DNA of 64,000 bases, taken from Longimicrobiales bacterium. GTDB lineage: Bacteria; Gemmatimonadota; Gemmatimonadetes; Longimicrobiales; Gaopeijiaceae. This document shows, in pieces, positions 42,114 through 51,311 of this stretch (positions are counted from its first letter, which is position 1; the number at the start of each line of letters is the position of its first letter). The notes below the pieces were generated by a model. It ran no database searches, was not told the DNA's origin, and worked only from the letters and a program-made list of their open reading frames with translations. Both the position numbers and the translations under genes were made by a program. Location of the stretch: NCBI GenBank assembly GCA_965203485.1, contig OZ241892.1, positions 3,136,001-3,200,000 on the forward strand. Direction: 5' to 3'.

Positions 42114-43055
42114 GTGGAGCTGTACCGCGCGCTGGGATCGCTGGCGGAGCCCCCCGCCCCGGAGCACCGTCGCTTGGCTCGCGCGCTCGGACTGCCCGAA
42201 CCGCCGGGCGCCGACGCGCATGCCGCCGTCGTGGAGTTCCAGAGGGTCCCTTACGCGTCGGTCTACCTCGGTTCCGAAGGGATGATGGGCGGCGAGGTGC
42301 GCGACCGCACGACGGGCTTCAGGCGCGCCTTGGGCTTGGACGTGGGGAACATCCCGGACGCGGGGACGCCGGGGCGTCGCCCTGCCCGCAACTCCGCCGT
42401 GCCGGACAGCTCGCGACGGGCCGTCGCCGAGTCGGACCACGTGGCGTCGCTGCTGTCGCTGCTGGCCTCGCTGGAGTCGTGGCGGAGAGCCGAGTCCGAC
42501 GCGGCGCGGCGGAGGCTCCTGCAGCAGGCCCGCGACACCTTGGCGTGGGAGTACGTGTTGTCGTGGATGCCCCTGTACCTGGCCTCGTTCGCGGGTTGCG
42601 GAACGCCCTTCTACGAGCGCTGGGCGCGGCTGACGGCACGGACGCTGGACTCGCTCGCCGACGACGCCGAGTTCCCGGACCGCCTGCCGGAAGCGTTGCG
42701 GACGGCCCCCGCCTTGTCCTCGCTGGCCGACGCGGGCGCGAGCGACGTGATCTCGGCGGCGCTGGCTCCCGTGCGATGCGGCGCGATCGTCCTGCGGAGC
42801 GACTTGGCGCGGCTGGCCGAGGAGACGGGAACGGCCCTCCGCCACGCGGACCGCCGGACGGCGCTTCGCGGCCTCCTCGCCCAGGATCCGGCCACGACGC
42901 TGGAATGGTTGGCGGGGCATGTCCGCCGCTGGGAGCGGCTGGCCGGCGCTTCGCGGCCCAGGCGCATCGCGGCGTGGTGGGCCGCGAGGGCCGCGGACAC
43001 GGCCGGCGCCCTGGAAGCCGCGGCCGCGGAGGTCGCTCCGGCGGGACTCGCGTGA
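42114..43055 (+). CDS. TorD/DmsD family Mo-enzyme chaperone
   Basis: PYASVYL, ESDHVASLL, LSWMP; directly downstream of the Mo subunit. Confidence 0.8.
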   Translation: MELYRALGSLAEPPAPEHRRLARALGLPEPPGADAHAAVVEFQRVPYASVYLGSEGMMGGEVRDRTTGFRRALGLDVGNIPDAGTPGRRPARNSAVPDSSRRAVAESDHVASLLSLLASLESWRRAESDAARRRLLQQARDTLAWEYVLSWMPLYLASFAGCGTPFYERWARLTARTLDSLADDAEFPDRLPEALRTAPALSSLADAGASDVISAALAPVRCGAIVLRSDLARLAEETGTALRHADRRTALRGLLAQDPATTLEWLAGHVRRWERLAGASRPRRIAAWWAARAADTAGALEAAAAEVAPAGLA

Positions 43056-43143
43056 CGCCACGGGTCTCGGGCGGCCGGACATGCCGTTGTCCAGCTGCCG
43101 CCGGCATCGTTTCGGCGGGCGTCCGCGTGGCGGAGACGCTTCC

Positions 43144-44166
43144 GTGATCGACTTGCGTCCGGGAGCTGCGCGGGCGCTGGCCGTCCTCGCGTACTTCGTA
43201 TTGCTGACCGTGGTGGGCACGGTCGGCTACGTGCTGATCGAGGACTGGTCGTGGGACGACGCCCTCTACATGACGGTGACGACCGAGACCGCGGTGGGGT
43301 TCAACGAAGTGCATCCCCTCTCTCGCGACGGACGCTACTGGACGATGTTCGTTCTGGGCGGCGGCTTGACGGGCTTGGGGATGTGGTTCGCGCTGGTCAC
43401 GTCGCTGGTCGTGCGCATGGACATAGGCAACACCTACAGAAGGCGGAGAATCGTGAAGCTGGCCAAGCAGGCGGGAGACCACGTGATCGTGTGCGGCGGC
43501 GGCGGCATGGGGCGGCAAGTCGTGTACGAGCTGGACGGAGCGAAGAAGCCGTGGGTCCTGATCGAGCGCGACGCCGAGGTCGCCGGTTCGCTCCGGCGAA
43601 CCTGGCCCGACGGTCTCGTGGTCGTCGACGACGCCACCCAAGACACCGCGCTGAGCGACGCAGGCATCGAGAACGCCAGCGGCCTGGTGTCGTGTCTCTG
43701 CCTCGACACGGACAACCTCTTCGTGTGCCTCTCCGCCCGGCACTTGAACGCGGACTTGGTCGTCGTCGCGCGCGCCGAAGGAGAATCCGCCACCGCCAAG
43801 ATGCGCCGCGCCGGCGCCGATCACGTTGTGAGCCCCAACGTGACCGGGGCCATTTGGATCGCTTCCGTGCTGGCGCGGCCCTCCGTGGCGCCTCTCCTGG
43901 GCGACGCGACCCCAGGCGCGCACTTCTCGCGCCACATGGAACAAGTCGCGGTCGGCGCCGAATCCAAGCTGGCCGGATCGACTTTGGCCGAGGCCCAGAT
44001 ACCGGGCAAGACCGGCATGGTCGTGGTCGCCGTTTGCCGGGCGGGCGCGGAGCCGGGCGCTACCATGTTCAATCCGGGGGCGGCGACCCGCATCGAGGCG
44101 GGCGACGATTTGGTCGTCTTCGGCGCCGAAGAACAAATCCGCGCGTTGCGGGACTACCTGGCATGA
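43144..44166 (+). CDS. 2-TM ion channel with RCK (TrkA-N/C) domains
   Basis: DALYMTV..VGF.EVHPL pore region, HVIVCGGGGMG, AGADHVVSP, TrkA-C domain. Confidence 0.88.
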   Translation: MIDLRPGAARALAVLAYFVLLTVVGTVGYVLIEDWSWDDALYMTVTTETAVGFNEVHPLSRDGRYWTMFVLGGGLTGLGMWFALVTSLVVRMDIGNTYRRRRIVKLAKQAGDHVIVCGGGGMGRQVVYELDGAKKPWVLIERDAEVAGSLRRTWPDGLVVVDDATQDTALSDAGIENASGLVSCLCLDTDNLFVCLSARHLNADLVVVARAEGESATAKMRRAGADHVVSPNVTGAIWIASVLARPSVAPLLGDATPGAHFSRHMEQVAVGAESKLAGSTLAEAQIPGKTGMVVVAVCRAGAEPGATMFNPGAATRIEAGDDLVVFGAEEQIRALRDYLA

Positions 44167-44272
44167 CGCGGCCCCGAAACTTCGCCTCCCTCTAGCGGAA
44201 CCGTCTCCCGACGCCTACCGTCCAAGCTCGTCGTGTTCCCCGGATTCCTCTTGCACGGAGCCGCTATCCAGC

Positions 44273-45022
44273 ATGGCCGGAAGCAAGGACAAGTCCCGCC
44301 TCGCGTTCTTCGGCGCGACCATCGTGCTGGCGGCCCTCGCGGCCGCCGCTGCTTTGCAGGTCGTGCGCGGCCAGGCGCGGGTCACCGAAGTCCACGAGCA
44401 GAGGTACCGGACGTACCAGCTCGCCAACCAGCTTCGCCAGTCGTCGGACGACCTCACGCGCATGGCCCGCCTGTACGCGGTGACGGGCGATGTCCGGTAC
44501 AAGGAATACTTCGAGCGGATACTCGCCATTCGGAAGGGCGATGCCGTTCGCCCGGCCGACTACGGGAACGCCTACTGGGACCTCGTCGTGGACGCGCGCG
44601 AGTACCCGCAGGTAGAGGAGGGCGCCGAAGCCGTCGCGCTCGCGGACCTGATGGCCGAAGCGAGCTTCTCGGCGGACGAGCTCGGTCTGTGGCAGGAAGC
44701 AGAGAACGCTTCCGACGAACTGGCCGCGATCGAAACCGAGGCCATGGGAGCCGCTCCGGACGAACTCGCCGTTGCCGGGGCGAACCAGCACGACGCGGTC
44801 AAGGAACTGCACGGCCCCGACTACAACCGGCGGAAGGCGCGGATCATGCAACCCATCGCCGACATGCACTCGATCCTGGAGGAACGGACGGCGGCGGCCG
44901 TCGAGAACGCGGCGCACCGGCACGACACGGCGTCTCATGTGCTGATCGTCGCCCTCGCTCTCCTGCTCCTGGTCAATGCAGGCGCGCTGGTTCGAGCGGT
45001 CGCGGGCTCGCGGACGACTTAG
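44273..45022 (+). CDS. Stand-alone TM-sensor domain-TM protein
   Basis: LRQSSDDLTRMARLYAVTGD..Y..IL.IR.G helical sensor motif flanked by two TM helices; stops a few residues after TM2. Confidence 0.7.
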   Translation: MAGSKDKSRLAFFGATIVLAALAAAAALQVVRGQARVTEVHEQRYRTYQLANQLRQSSDDLTRMARLYAVTGDVRYKEYFERILAIRKGDAVRPADYGNAYWDLVVDAREYPQVEEGAEAVALADLMAEASFSADELGLWQEAENASDELAAIETEAMGAAPDELAVAGANQHDAVKELHGPDYNRRKARIMQPIADMHSILEERTAAAVENAAHRHDTASHVLIVALALLLLVNAGALVRAVAGSRTT

Positions 45023-45222
45023 GCCTGCGAGCGGTGCGCCGTTTCCGAACCCCGGCCCGGCTTGCCTCGGACGGCGGCGAATCGCTACCGTAGCGGGGCA
45101 GGCGGCTCGGATCTTGCGGACGCCTGTGACGATGGGCCGCGCGGTCCAGGAGCGCTTGGCGCGTTCTTCGGTGGTGCGTGGCCATGCGAGTTCCTCAGGA
45201 CCAGCCAACGCGGAGGTTCCCC

Positions 45223-45786
45223 ATGCTGGAGGTTGAAGCCCTCTGGGTTCCGTTGCTCGTGTCCGCCGCCGCCGTCTTCGTAGCGAGCGCGCTGGCGTGG
45301 ACGGTGATGCCCCACCACCGGCCGGACTTCGCTCCGGCCGACGACGAGGACGCGCTGATGGACGCGATCCGCAAGTGCGCCCCCAAGCCCGGCATGTACT
45401 ACTTCCCCTACGCCGACCACAAGTCGGAGCACACCAAGGAGTACCGGCAGAAGGTCGAGGCCGGACCCGTCGGCATCATTCGCGTCCGCGACCCCAAGTC
45501 CGCGCTCAACATGCCGGGCGCGATGATCAAGTCGTTCGTCTACAACTTGGTCGTGGCGACGCTGGTCGCGTACGTCGCCGGCGGCGCCCTCGGCCCCAAC
45601 GCCGCTTTCTGGGACGTGTTCGGCACCGTGGGTCCCGTGACGTTCCTGGCCTACGCGCTCTGCAGCGTGCACGAGAGCATATGGATGGGCTTGCCGCGAA
45701 GCGCCGCGATCAAGCAGGGAATCGACGGCTTCGCCTACGCGCTGATCACGGCGGGCGTCTTCGCGTGGCTGTGGCCCGTCGCATGA
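45223..45786 (+). CDS. Conserved 4-TM membrane protein, hypothetical
   Basis: RBS GGAGG, hydrophobic helices, PHH..D and PGMYYFP motifs; ATGA overlap with the next gene. Confidence 0.75.
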   Translation: MLEVEALWVPLLVSAAAVFVASALAWTVMPHHRPDFAPADDEDALMDAIRKCAPKPGMYYFPYADHKSEHTKEYRQKVEAGPVGIIRVRDPKSALNMPGAMIKSFVYNLVVATLVAYVAGGALGPNAAFWDVFGTVGPVTFLAYALCSVHESIWMGLPRSAAIKQGIDGFAYALITAGVFAWLWPVA

Positions 45787-46259
45787 GCGACGTCGTCTAC
45801 GAAGCGCGAGTGCGGATAGAGCGCACGCGGGGGCCGCACCGCCTGGCCTATCTGCCGGCCCGCGAAGCGCCTGTGGAGTTCGGCGTGCACGGCCCGATCG
45901 CCGCTCACTACGGGGCGAGTCCCGTCAACGAAGTCACGACGACCCTGGACTACGTGGTGGCCGCCACCGGCGGCTGACTGACGGGAACCTTGGGCGGCGT
46001 GCTGGAGGCACGCGGGATCGACGCGTCGGACGGCAAGCTGGTGGCGGACGTGTCGGGCGAGATCGGCAAGGACGACGGCGTGCTGGTGATTCGCGCCATT
46101 CACGTGAGGTACCGGCTCGATGCCGGCGATGCCGATCCCGAGATCGTCCGGAGGGCCCACGAAATTCACGCCGCCCGTTGCCCGGTCTACAGAACGCTCA
46201 GCGGTTGCGTCGAGATCACGACGGAGCTTGCGGGCGCCCCGGGCGGCGTCCCCGCCTAA
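45783..46259 (+). CDS. OsmC/Ohr-like protein, probable selenoprotein (UGA=Sec at 45975-45977)
   Basis: One frame: ..TTLDYVVAATGG-TGA-LTGTLGG..HAARCPVYRTL; the UGA sits at the first conserved OsmC Cys; downstream hairpin. Confidence 0.85.
45978..46013 (+). promoter_or_regulatory. Putative bacterial SECIS element
   Basis: Stem GCGTGC (45997-46002)/GCACGC (46008-46013) with loop TGGAG, 25 nt after the UGA. Confidence 0.65.
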
Positions 46260-46307
46260 CGCCTTCACGCGCGAATCCCCCTGTCCCGGAGCAGCTGCAT
46301 TCCCAGC

Positions 46308-47045
46308 ATGAGACCCCATCTCTTGATCCTTGCGGCGGCGGCCGTCGCGACAACCCAAGGATGTGCCACCGGGCGGGGAACTCCGCCGGACGGCCATGGC
46401 GGGGAGCCGCGAGCCCGGTCCGGCGTCGAAGCCGACGGCGCCGACAAGCCGGCCCCGGTCCGGCCCAGCCCCGAGACCGCGGCGCGCCTGGACGCCCTCT
46501 ACCGCGCCCGGGCGGACAGCGCGAGAGCCCGCTACCATCCCGCCGACGTGCACTTCATGACCGGCATGATCGGTCATCACGGACAGGCGCTGGCCATGGC
46601 CGGGTACGCCCCCGAGAACGGCGCGAGCCACTCGATTCGCATCCTTTGCGCCCGCATCATCAACGCCCAGAAGGACGAGATCGCCGTCATGCAGCGGTGG
46701 CTTCGCGAACGAGGCCGACCGGTGCCCGAGATCCACATCGAGAACGGTCGCTTCGCGGTCCGCGGTCCCGCTCACGCCATGCACATGCCGGGGATGCTCA
46801 CCGCCGAACAGCTGGACGAGCTCCGGCACGCCAAGGGCCGCGACTTCGACCGCTTGTTCCTGGAGTACATGATCATGCACCACGAGGGCGCCGTGACCAT
46901 GGTCAGCGAGCTGCTGGCCACCGACGGCGCCGCTCAAGGCGACTTCGTCTTCAAGCTGGCTTCCGACATTCAGGCGGACCAAGGCTCGGAGATCGACCGC
47001 ATGCAACGCATGCTGGACGCGATGTCGCCGAACCCGTCTCGCTAG
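46308..47045 (+). CDS. DUF305 (ferritin-like) lipoprotein
   Basis: FMTGMIGHHGQA, MPGML, FLEYMIMHHEGA, DQGSEIDRM; lipobox TQGC. Confidence 0.88.
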   Translation: MRPHLLILAAAAVATTQGCATGRGTPPDGHGGEPRARSGVEADGADKPAPVRPSPETAARLDALYRARADSARARYHPADVHFMTGMIGHHGQALAMAGYAPENGASHSIRILCARIINAQKDEIAVMQRWLRERGRPVPEIHIENGRFAVRGPAHAMHMPGMLTAEQLDELRHAKGRDFDRLFLEYMIMHHEGAVTMVSELLATDGAAQGDFVFKLASDIQADQGSEIDRMQRMLDAMSPNPSR

Positions 47046-47096
47046 CCGGACCATCCCGGTCGCATTGCCGGCCCCGCAAGAGAAAGCCGAACCAAG

Positions 47097-49133
47097 ATGA
47101 ACGCCGTCTCGTCCCTTCGCCGTGGGCGCGGCGCCGCCCTTCCCTGCCTTGCCTTCGGCTTGGCGGCCGCGGGATGCGCGCAGAACGTCGCCACCGGCGT
47201 CCCCGCGGCACCCGGCGTTTCCGCCGCGTCGATCTCCACGCCTTCGCTCCTGCCCGTGCAGGAGGCGGCCGACCCGCCGTCGCCCGACCTCCGCGTGGGT
47301 CTGTCCGCAGGCCTCATGGACGCGGAGGAGGCGATCTGGAACCTGCGCCTCCTGTCGGCCACTCCTCCTCAGGAAGCCTTCGTGGGCAGCACCAACTCGG
47401 ATTTGGCGTTCACCGGCCCCTACGCCATACAAGGCAACTACGACGGCATCCAGGTCTGGGACATCTCCGATCCGTCACGTCCGGAGTCCGTGATCACCTA
47501 CGTGTGTCCCGCCTCCCAGAGCGACGTGTCGGTCTACGGCGACCTGCTGTTCGTGTCGGGCGAAGGCTTGGGCGGCCGGCTGGACTGCGGCGACCAGGGG
47601 GTCGAGGAGGCGGTCAGCCACCACCGCCTGCGGGGCATTCGCATCTTCGACATATCCGACATCAGCGCGCCCGAGTACTTGGCCAACGTCCAGACCTGCC
47701 GGGGTTCCCACACGCACACCGTGCTCGAGCATCCCGGCGACGACGACAACGTCTACATCTACGTTTCGGGCTCGGCCCAGGTCCGGCCGGCGGAAGAGCT
47801 TGCCGGCTGTTCGGGCCTGTCGCCCGACGAGGACCCGAACTCGGCGCTGTTCCGGATCGAGGTGATCCGCGTGCCCTTGGACGACCCCGCCAGCGCGGCC
47901 ATCGCCAGCTCGCCCCGGATCTTTCACGACTTGGTGGCCCCGCCGCGCCACGGTCCGTCGGCCGCCGACCTGGCCGAGATCGAGGAGGCCCGCGCCAGGG
48001 GCGCCTTCGTCGTGGAATTCGGCGGGCAACCGCAAGTCGTTCCCGACCAGGTCGCCCAACAGTTCCTGGCGCAAACCGTGCAGGCACGAGGCGGGGAAGG
48101 AGCTCCCACCGCCGCCGACAGCGCCGCCGTCCGCGAGCGGCTCGACGCCATGGCCGCGGCCGCCGCGGCGCAAGGGGAGGACGAGGACGACGGTCCGGCG
48201 CCCGGCCCCACCCAGTGCCACGACATCACCGTGTATCCGGCGATCGGCTTGGCCGGCGGCGCCTGCGGGGGCTACGGCCTGCTGCTGGACATCCGCGACC
48301 CCGTGGACCCGAAGCGCTTGGCGGCGGTGGCCGACTCCAACTTCTCCTATTGGCACTCGGCCACCTTCAACAACGACGGCACGGCGGTGCTGTTCACCGA
48401 TGAATGGGGAGGCGGAGGCGCGCCCAAGTGCCGAGTCGGCGATCCACCGGAATGGGGCGCCAACGCGATCTTCACCATCGAAGACGGAGACATGCGCTTC
48501 CAGAGCTACTTCAAGATTCCGGCCCCGCAGACGCCGCAGGAAAACTGCGTCGCCCACAACGGCTCGCTGATCCCTGTCCCCGGGCGAGACATCATGATCC
48601 AAGGCTGGTACCAGGGCGGCGTCTCGCTGATCGACTGGACCGACCCGGCCAACCCTGTCGAGATCGCCTACTTCGACCGGGGACCGGTGAACCCGGAGCA
48701 GATGCAGATGGGCGGCAGCTGGTCGGTCTACTGGTACAACGGACTCATCGTGAACTCGGAGATCGCGCGTGGACTGGACATCTTGGAACTGACGCCGAGC
48801 GAAGTCCTGACCCAAAACGAAATCGACGCGGCCAACTCGATTCAGCTGGACCAGCTCAACTCGCAGGGCCAACCCATCTTCGAATGGCCGACCACGTTCG
48901 CGCTTGCACGGGCCTACGCCGACCAGCTGGATCGTTCCGGCGGACTAGGACGCTCCCGGCTCGCCGAGGTGCGGGGCGCGCTGGCCGCCGCGGAAGCCGC
49001 CTCCGGCGCATCCCGGCGCAACGCGCTCGACACGCTCGCCGCCGAACTCGGCCGGGACGCCGCGGGTTCGGCCGACTCCTCCAAGGTCGAGAAGCTGGAA
49101 GACGCGGTTCGGCGCTTGGGCGAAGCCGGCTGA
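47097..49133 (+). CDS. LVIVD-repeat beta-propeller lipoprotein
   Basis: NSDLAF, SQSDVSVYGDLL, CRGSHTHT, CHDITVY, CVAHNGS; lipobox AAGC. Confidence 0.85.
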   Translation: MNAVSSLRRGRGAALPCLAFGLAAAGCAQNVATGVPAAPGVSAASISTPSLLPVQEAADPPSPDLRVGLSAGLMDAEEAIWNLRLLSATPPQEAFVGSTNSDLAFTGPYAIQGNYDGIQVWDISDPSRPESVITYVCPASQSDVSVYGDLLFVSGEGLGGRLDCGDQGVEEAVSHHRLRGIRIFDISDISAPEYLANVQTCRGSHTHTVLEHPGDDDNVYIYVSGSAQVRPAEELAGCSGLSPDEDPNSALFRIEVIRVPLDDPASAAIASSPRIFHDLVAPPRHGPSAADLAEIEEARARGAFVVEFGGQPQVVPDQVAQQFLAQTVQARGGEGAPTAADSAAVRERLDAMAAAAAAQGEDEDDGPAPGPTQCHDITVYPAIGLAGGACGGYGLLLDIRDPVDPKRLAAVADSNFSYWHSATFNNDGTAVLFTDEWGGGGAPKCRVGDPPEWGANAIFTIEDGDMRFQSYFKIPAPQTPQENCVAHNGSLIPVPGRDIMIQGWYQGGVSLIDWTDPANPVEIAYFDRGPVNPEQMQMGGSWSVYWYNGLIVNSEIARGLDILELTPSEVLTQNEIDAANSIQLDQLNSQGQPIFEWPTTFALARAYADQLDRSGGLGRSRLAEVRGALAAAEAASGASRRNALDTLAAELGRDAAGSADSSKVEKLEDAVRRLGEAG

Positions 49134-49308
49134 AGTTCGGTCAGCGGTCCGGGGCGCGGCGTCCCGGGCCGTGGAGTCGCCAGACCGCGCCCGTGGGCAT
49201 CGGCGCGATCGGACGCGTCCCGCCCGGCAACCCAGGCGCCCGTTTGGGCGGAAGGCGCGGGCCACGATCGACGGGCGTCAGCGCCGACGACCCCAACGCC
49301 GACCCGTA

Positions 49309-50493
49309 TCAAGCAATGTCCGGCCCAGACGCAGCGGACATCCTGAAGTAGAGTTGCGACAACCTGTTGGCAAAGCGATATCCGCCACGAATCTCAGGGA
49401 CGGCCTCCAGTCCGCCCAGCTTCGTCATGCGGCGCAGGAAGTTGTCCAGCGCCCTTCTGTCGTCGTTGGAAAGGCGCCGAAGGGCTTCAGCCCTCGTGAA
49501 CTGGATGCTCGGGCCTTGGACGATCTGGTCGAGGATCGACCGATAGCGTTCGCTTCGAATCGCCGCCAGAATCCGAGGCTCCAGGTACTTGGCGCCCACC
49601 GCTCGAGCCGCCAGACCAGTTCTCTGCGCGATGTCGCGCCGGGTGATCATCGGTCTCGGGGCCGAGCGCCAGACCGCGTCTCCGATTTCATGTGCCAGGA
49701 CGGGGAGTCCGCCTGTGAACTCCACCAACGCGTGCACGCTTCGAGATGGTAGAACGGCGTCCGCGGATTCGAACGACCGCTGGTAGAACTTCGCGACCTC
49801 TTCGTCGGACCACGGAACGAGGTCCACCAGCTCGAAGACCCGCGCCAACGAAGGCTGCTGCTTGATCAACTCCCGGCGTCTCTCCTCCAGACCGACCATC
49901 AGCACGCACAGCCGGGTCGTCTGCGACGACGTGGCGATCTCGTCCACCGTGCTCTTGAGCCAGTTCGCAAAGTGCGCGGAGCCGGCCAGTCCGTTGAAGT
50001 CGTCGAGGATCAGAAGGAGAGACTTGTCCTTTCCCGTCTTCTTCAAGAACTCCCGGACCGAGTACGCAAAGTTTCGTTCGACGACGCCGATGTCGTCGTT
50101 GCTGAGCCGCAGTTCGAGCGTGGCGCCGAACAAGCCCACGCTGCGAACGCGCGCGCCCAGCGAATCAAGCATCTGCCGGTGCCAGGGCCGCCCGATGCTG
50201 TCCTTCAACAGGCGGTCGAGGGTCCGCTGCAACATTCCGGCCAAGTCCTGCACGCCACCCAAGTAGACGTGGCAACCGACCACGTCGTCCCGGCGCTCCG
50301 CGAGCCGGCGCACGAACCCGGCCAGCGAACTCTTGCCGATGCCGCGCTCGCCGCTGACGAAGCCCACGCGAACCCGTCCTCGCCGCGCGGCCCCAACCAA
50401 GCCCTGCACGCGCTCGATCTCGGCTTCGCGGCCCACGAACGATTCCGCCGAAACCGGAGAACCGGGCGTGAACGGGCTCGACTCGGGAATCAT
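49309..50493 (-). CDS. AAA/STAND-like P-loop ATPase with C-terminal wHTH-like region
   Basis: SPFTPG, FVGRE, GERGIGKSS (Walker A), LLILDD (Walker B), TGGLP. Confidence 0.85.
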   Translation of the reverse strand: MIPESSPFTPGSPVSAESFVGREAEIERVQGLVGAARRGRVRVGFVSGERGIGKSSLAGFVRRLAERRDDVVGCHVYLGGVQDLAGMLQRTLDRLLKDSIGRPWHRQMLDSLGARVRSVGLFGATLELRLSNDDIGVVERNFAYSVREFLKKTGKDKSLLLILDDFNGLAGSAHFANWLKSTVDEIATSSQTTRLCVLMVGLEERRRELIKQQPSLARVFELVDLVPWSDEEVAKFYQRSFESADAVLPSRSVHALVEFTGGLPVLAHEIGDAVWRSAPRPMITRRDIAQRTGLAARAVGAKYLEPRILAAIRSERYRSILDQIVQGPSIQFTRAEALRRLSNDDRRALDNFLRRMTKLGGLEAVPEIRGGYRFANRLSQLYFRMSAASGPDIA

Positions 50494-50544
50494 GCTGGCA
50501 ACGTACGACCGACGGGCCGTTGGAGACAGGGCGGCCCGTCGTGC

Positions 50545-50796
50545 TCAGCCCGCTTGGCCTACGCTCTTCTCTTCGTTTGCCGCCTCCCAGATCGCCTTGG
50601 CGAGCACGGAGAACGTCGTGGCCTGGAAGTCGTCGTCGTCCATGTAGCGGGTCACGATCTGGTCGTTCTTGCCGATTCGTTGTACCATCAGCTCCCCGAC
50701 GCGTTGTCGGACGCCCAGCGCGAATTTCTTCAGATCGTTGGCTCGGGCAAGGCTGACAACGTCCGCGTCGGCGCAAGCCTCTGCCCGGCCTTGGTC
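50545..50796 (-). pseudogene. hsdR: C-terminal remnant (~80 codons) of a type I restriction subunit R
   Basis: ANDLKKFALG..LMVQRIGKNDQIVTRYMDDDDFQ resembles HsdR C-termini; no upstream body. Confidence 0.6.
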
Positions 50797-51305
50797 ACGC
50801 GTGGGCCTGTGGGAACCAGGTCCGCAACGTGTCCCCAAGCCTCAAGAACGCCCGGTAGGAACACCGGCGGTAGGACGCGCGACTAGCGATTTCCTGCATG
50901 ATCCTCGGGTGAGCCTTGGTGCGAGTTTCTCGCAATGCCGCTTGAAACGCCTCCTTCGGCCGCCGGGGCTTGGGAGCGTCCTGCGACCACCAACCCTCCT
51001 CGGCCAGCCAGTCGCGGAGCGAGGGCGTCCGGCCACCCCATCCGATCACGTCATCAACGTGAGGAGAACCGCCCCAAAGCCAGACCTCCAACTCCGGCGC
51101 GACGACGATGGCACGAGCACGGGCGTCCCAAGCTGACCGCTGGAACTCCGCGTCCAGGCTCGCTTCGATCTTCTCGGGCGATTCCCTCTCCCTTCCGCTT
51201 CCTTCGTGGTCGAACATCAGGATGGCATGATCGAATTCCCTCACGTATTCGCCCAAGAGTTCCACACCCGTCTTGGCGCAAGCCGGATCATGTCGGTCCT
51301 CGGAA
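50795..51305 (-). pseudogene. mad4: 5'-truncated MAD4-like (Toprim-like) defence-associated protein
   Basis: HDPAC, FDHEGSG, PELEVWLW, KPRRPKEA, RC..AF.RL..L.TWFP; the N-terminus is replaced by unrelated sequence. Confidence 0.65.
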
Positions 51306-51311
51306 GTCACC

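Noticed and set aside
45990..46259. Separate 89-aa gene, or an OsmC pseudogene
   Set aside because: In frame with the upstream half; the stop is UGA exactly at the catalytic Cys, with a SECIS-like hairpin and no other lesions.
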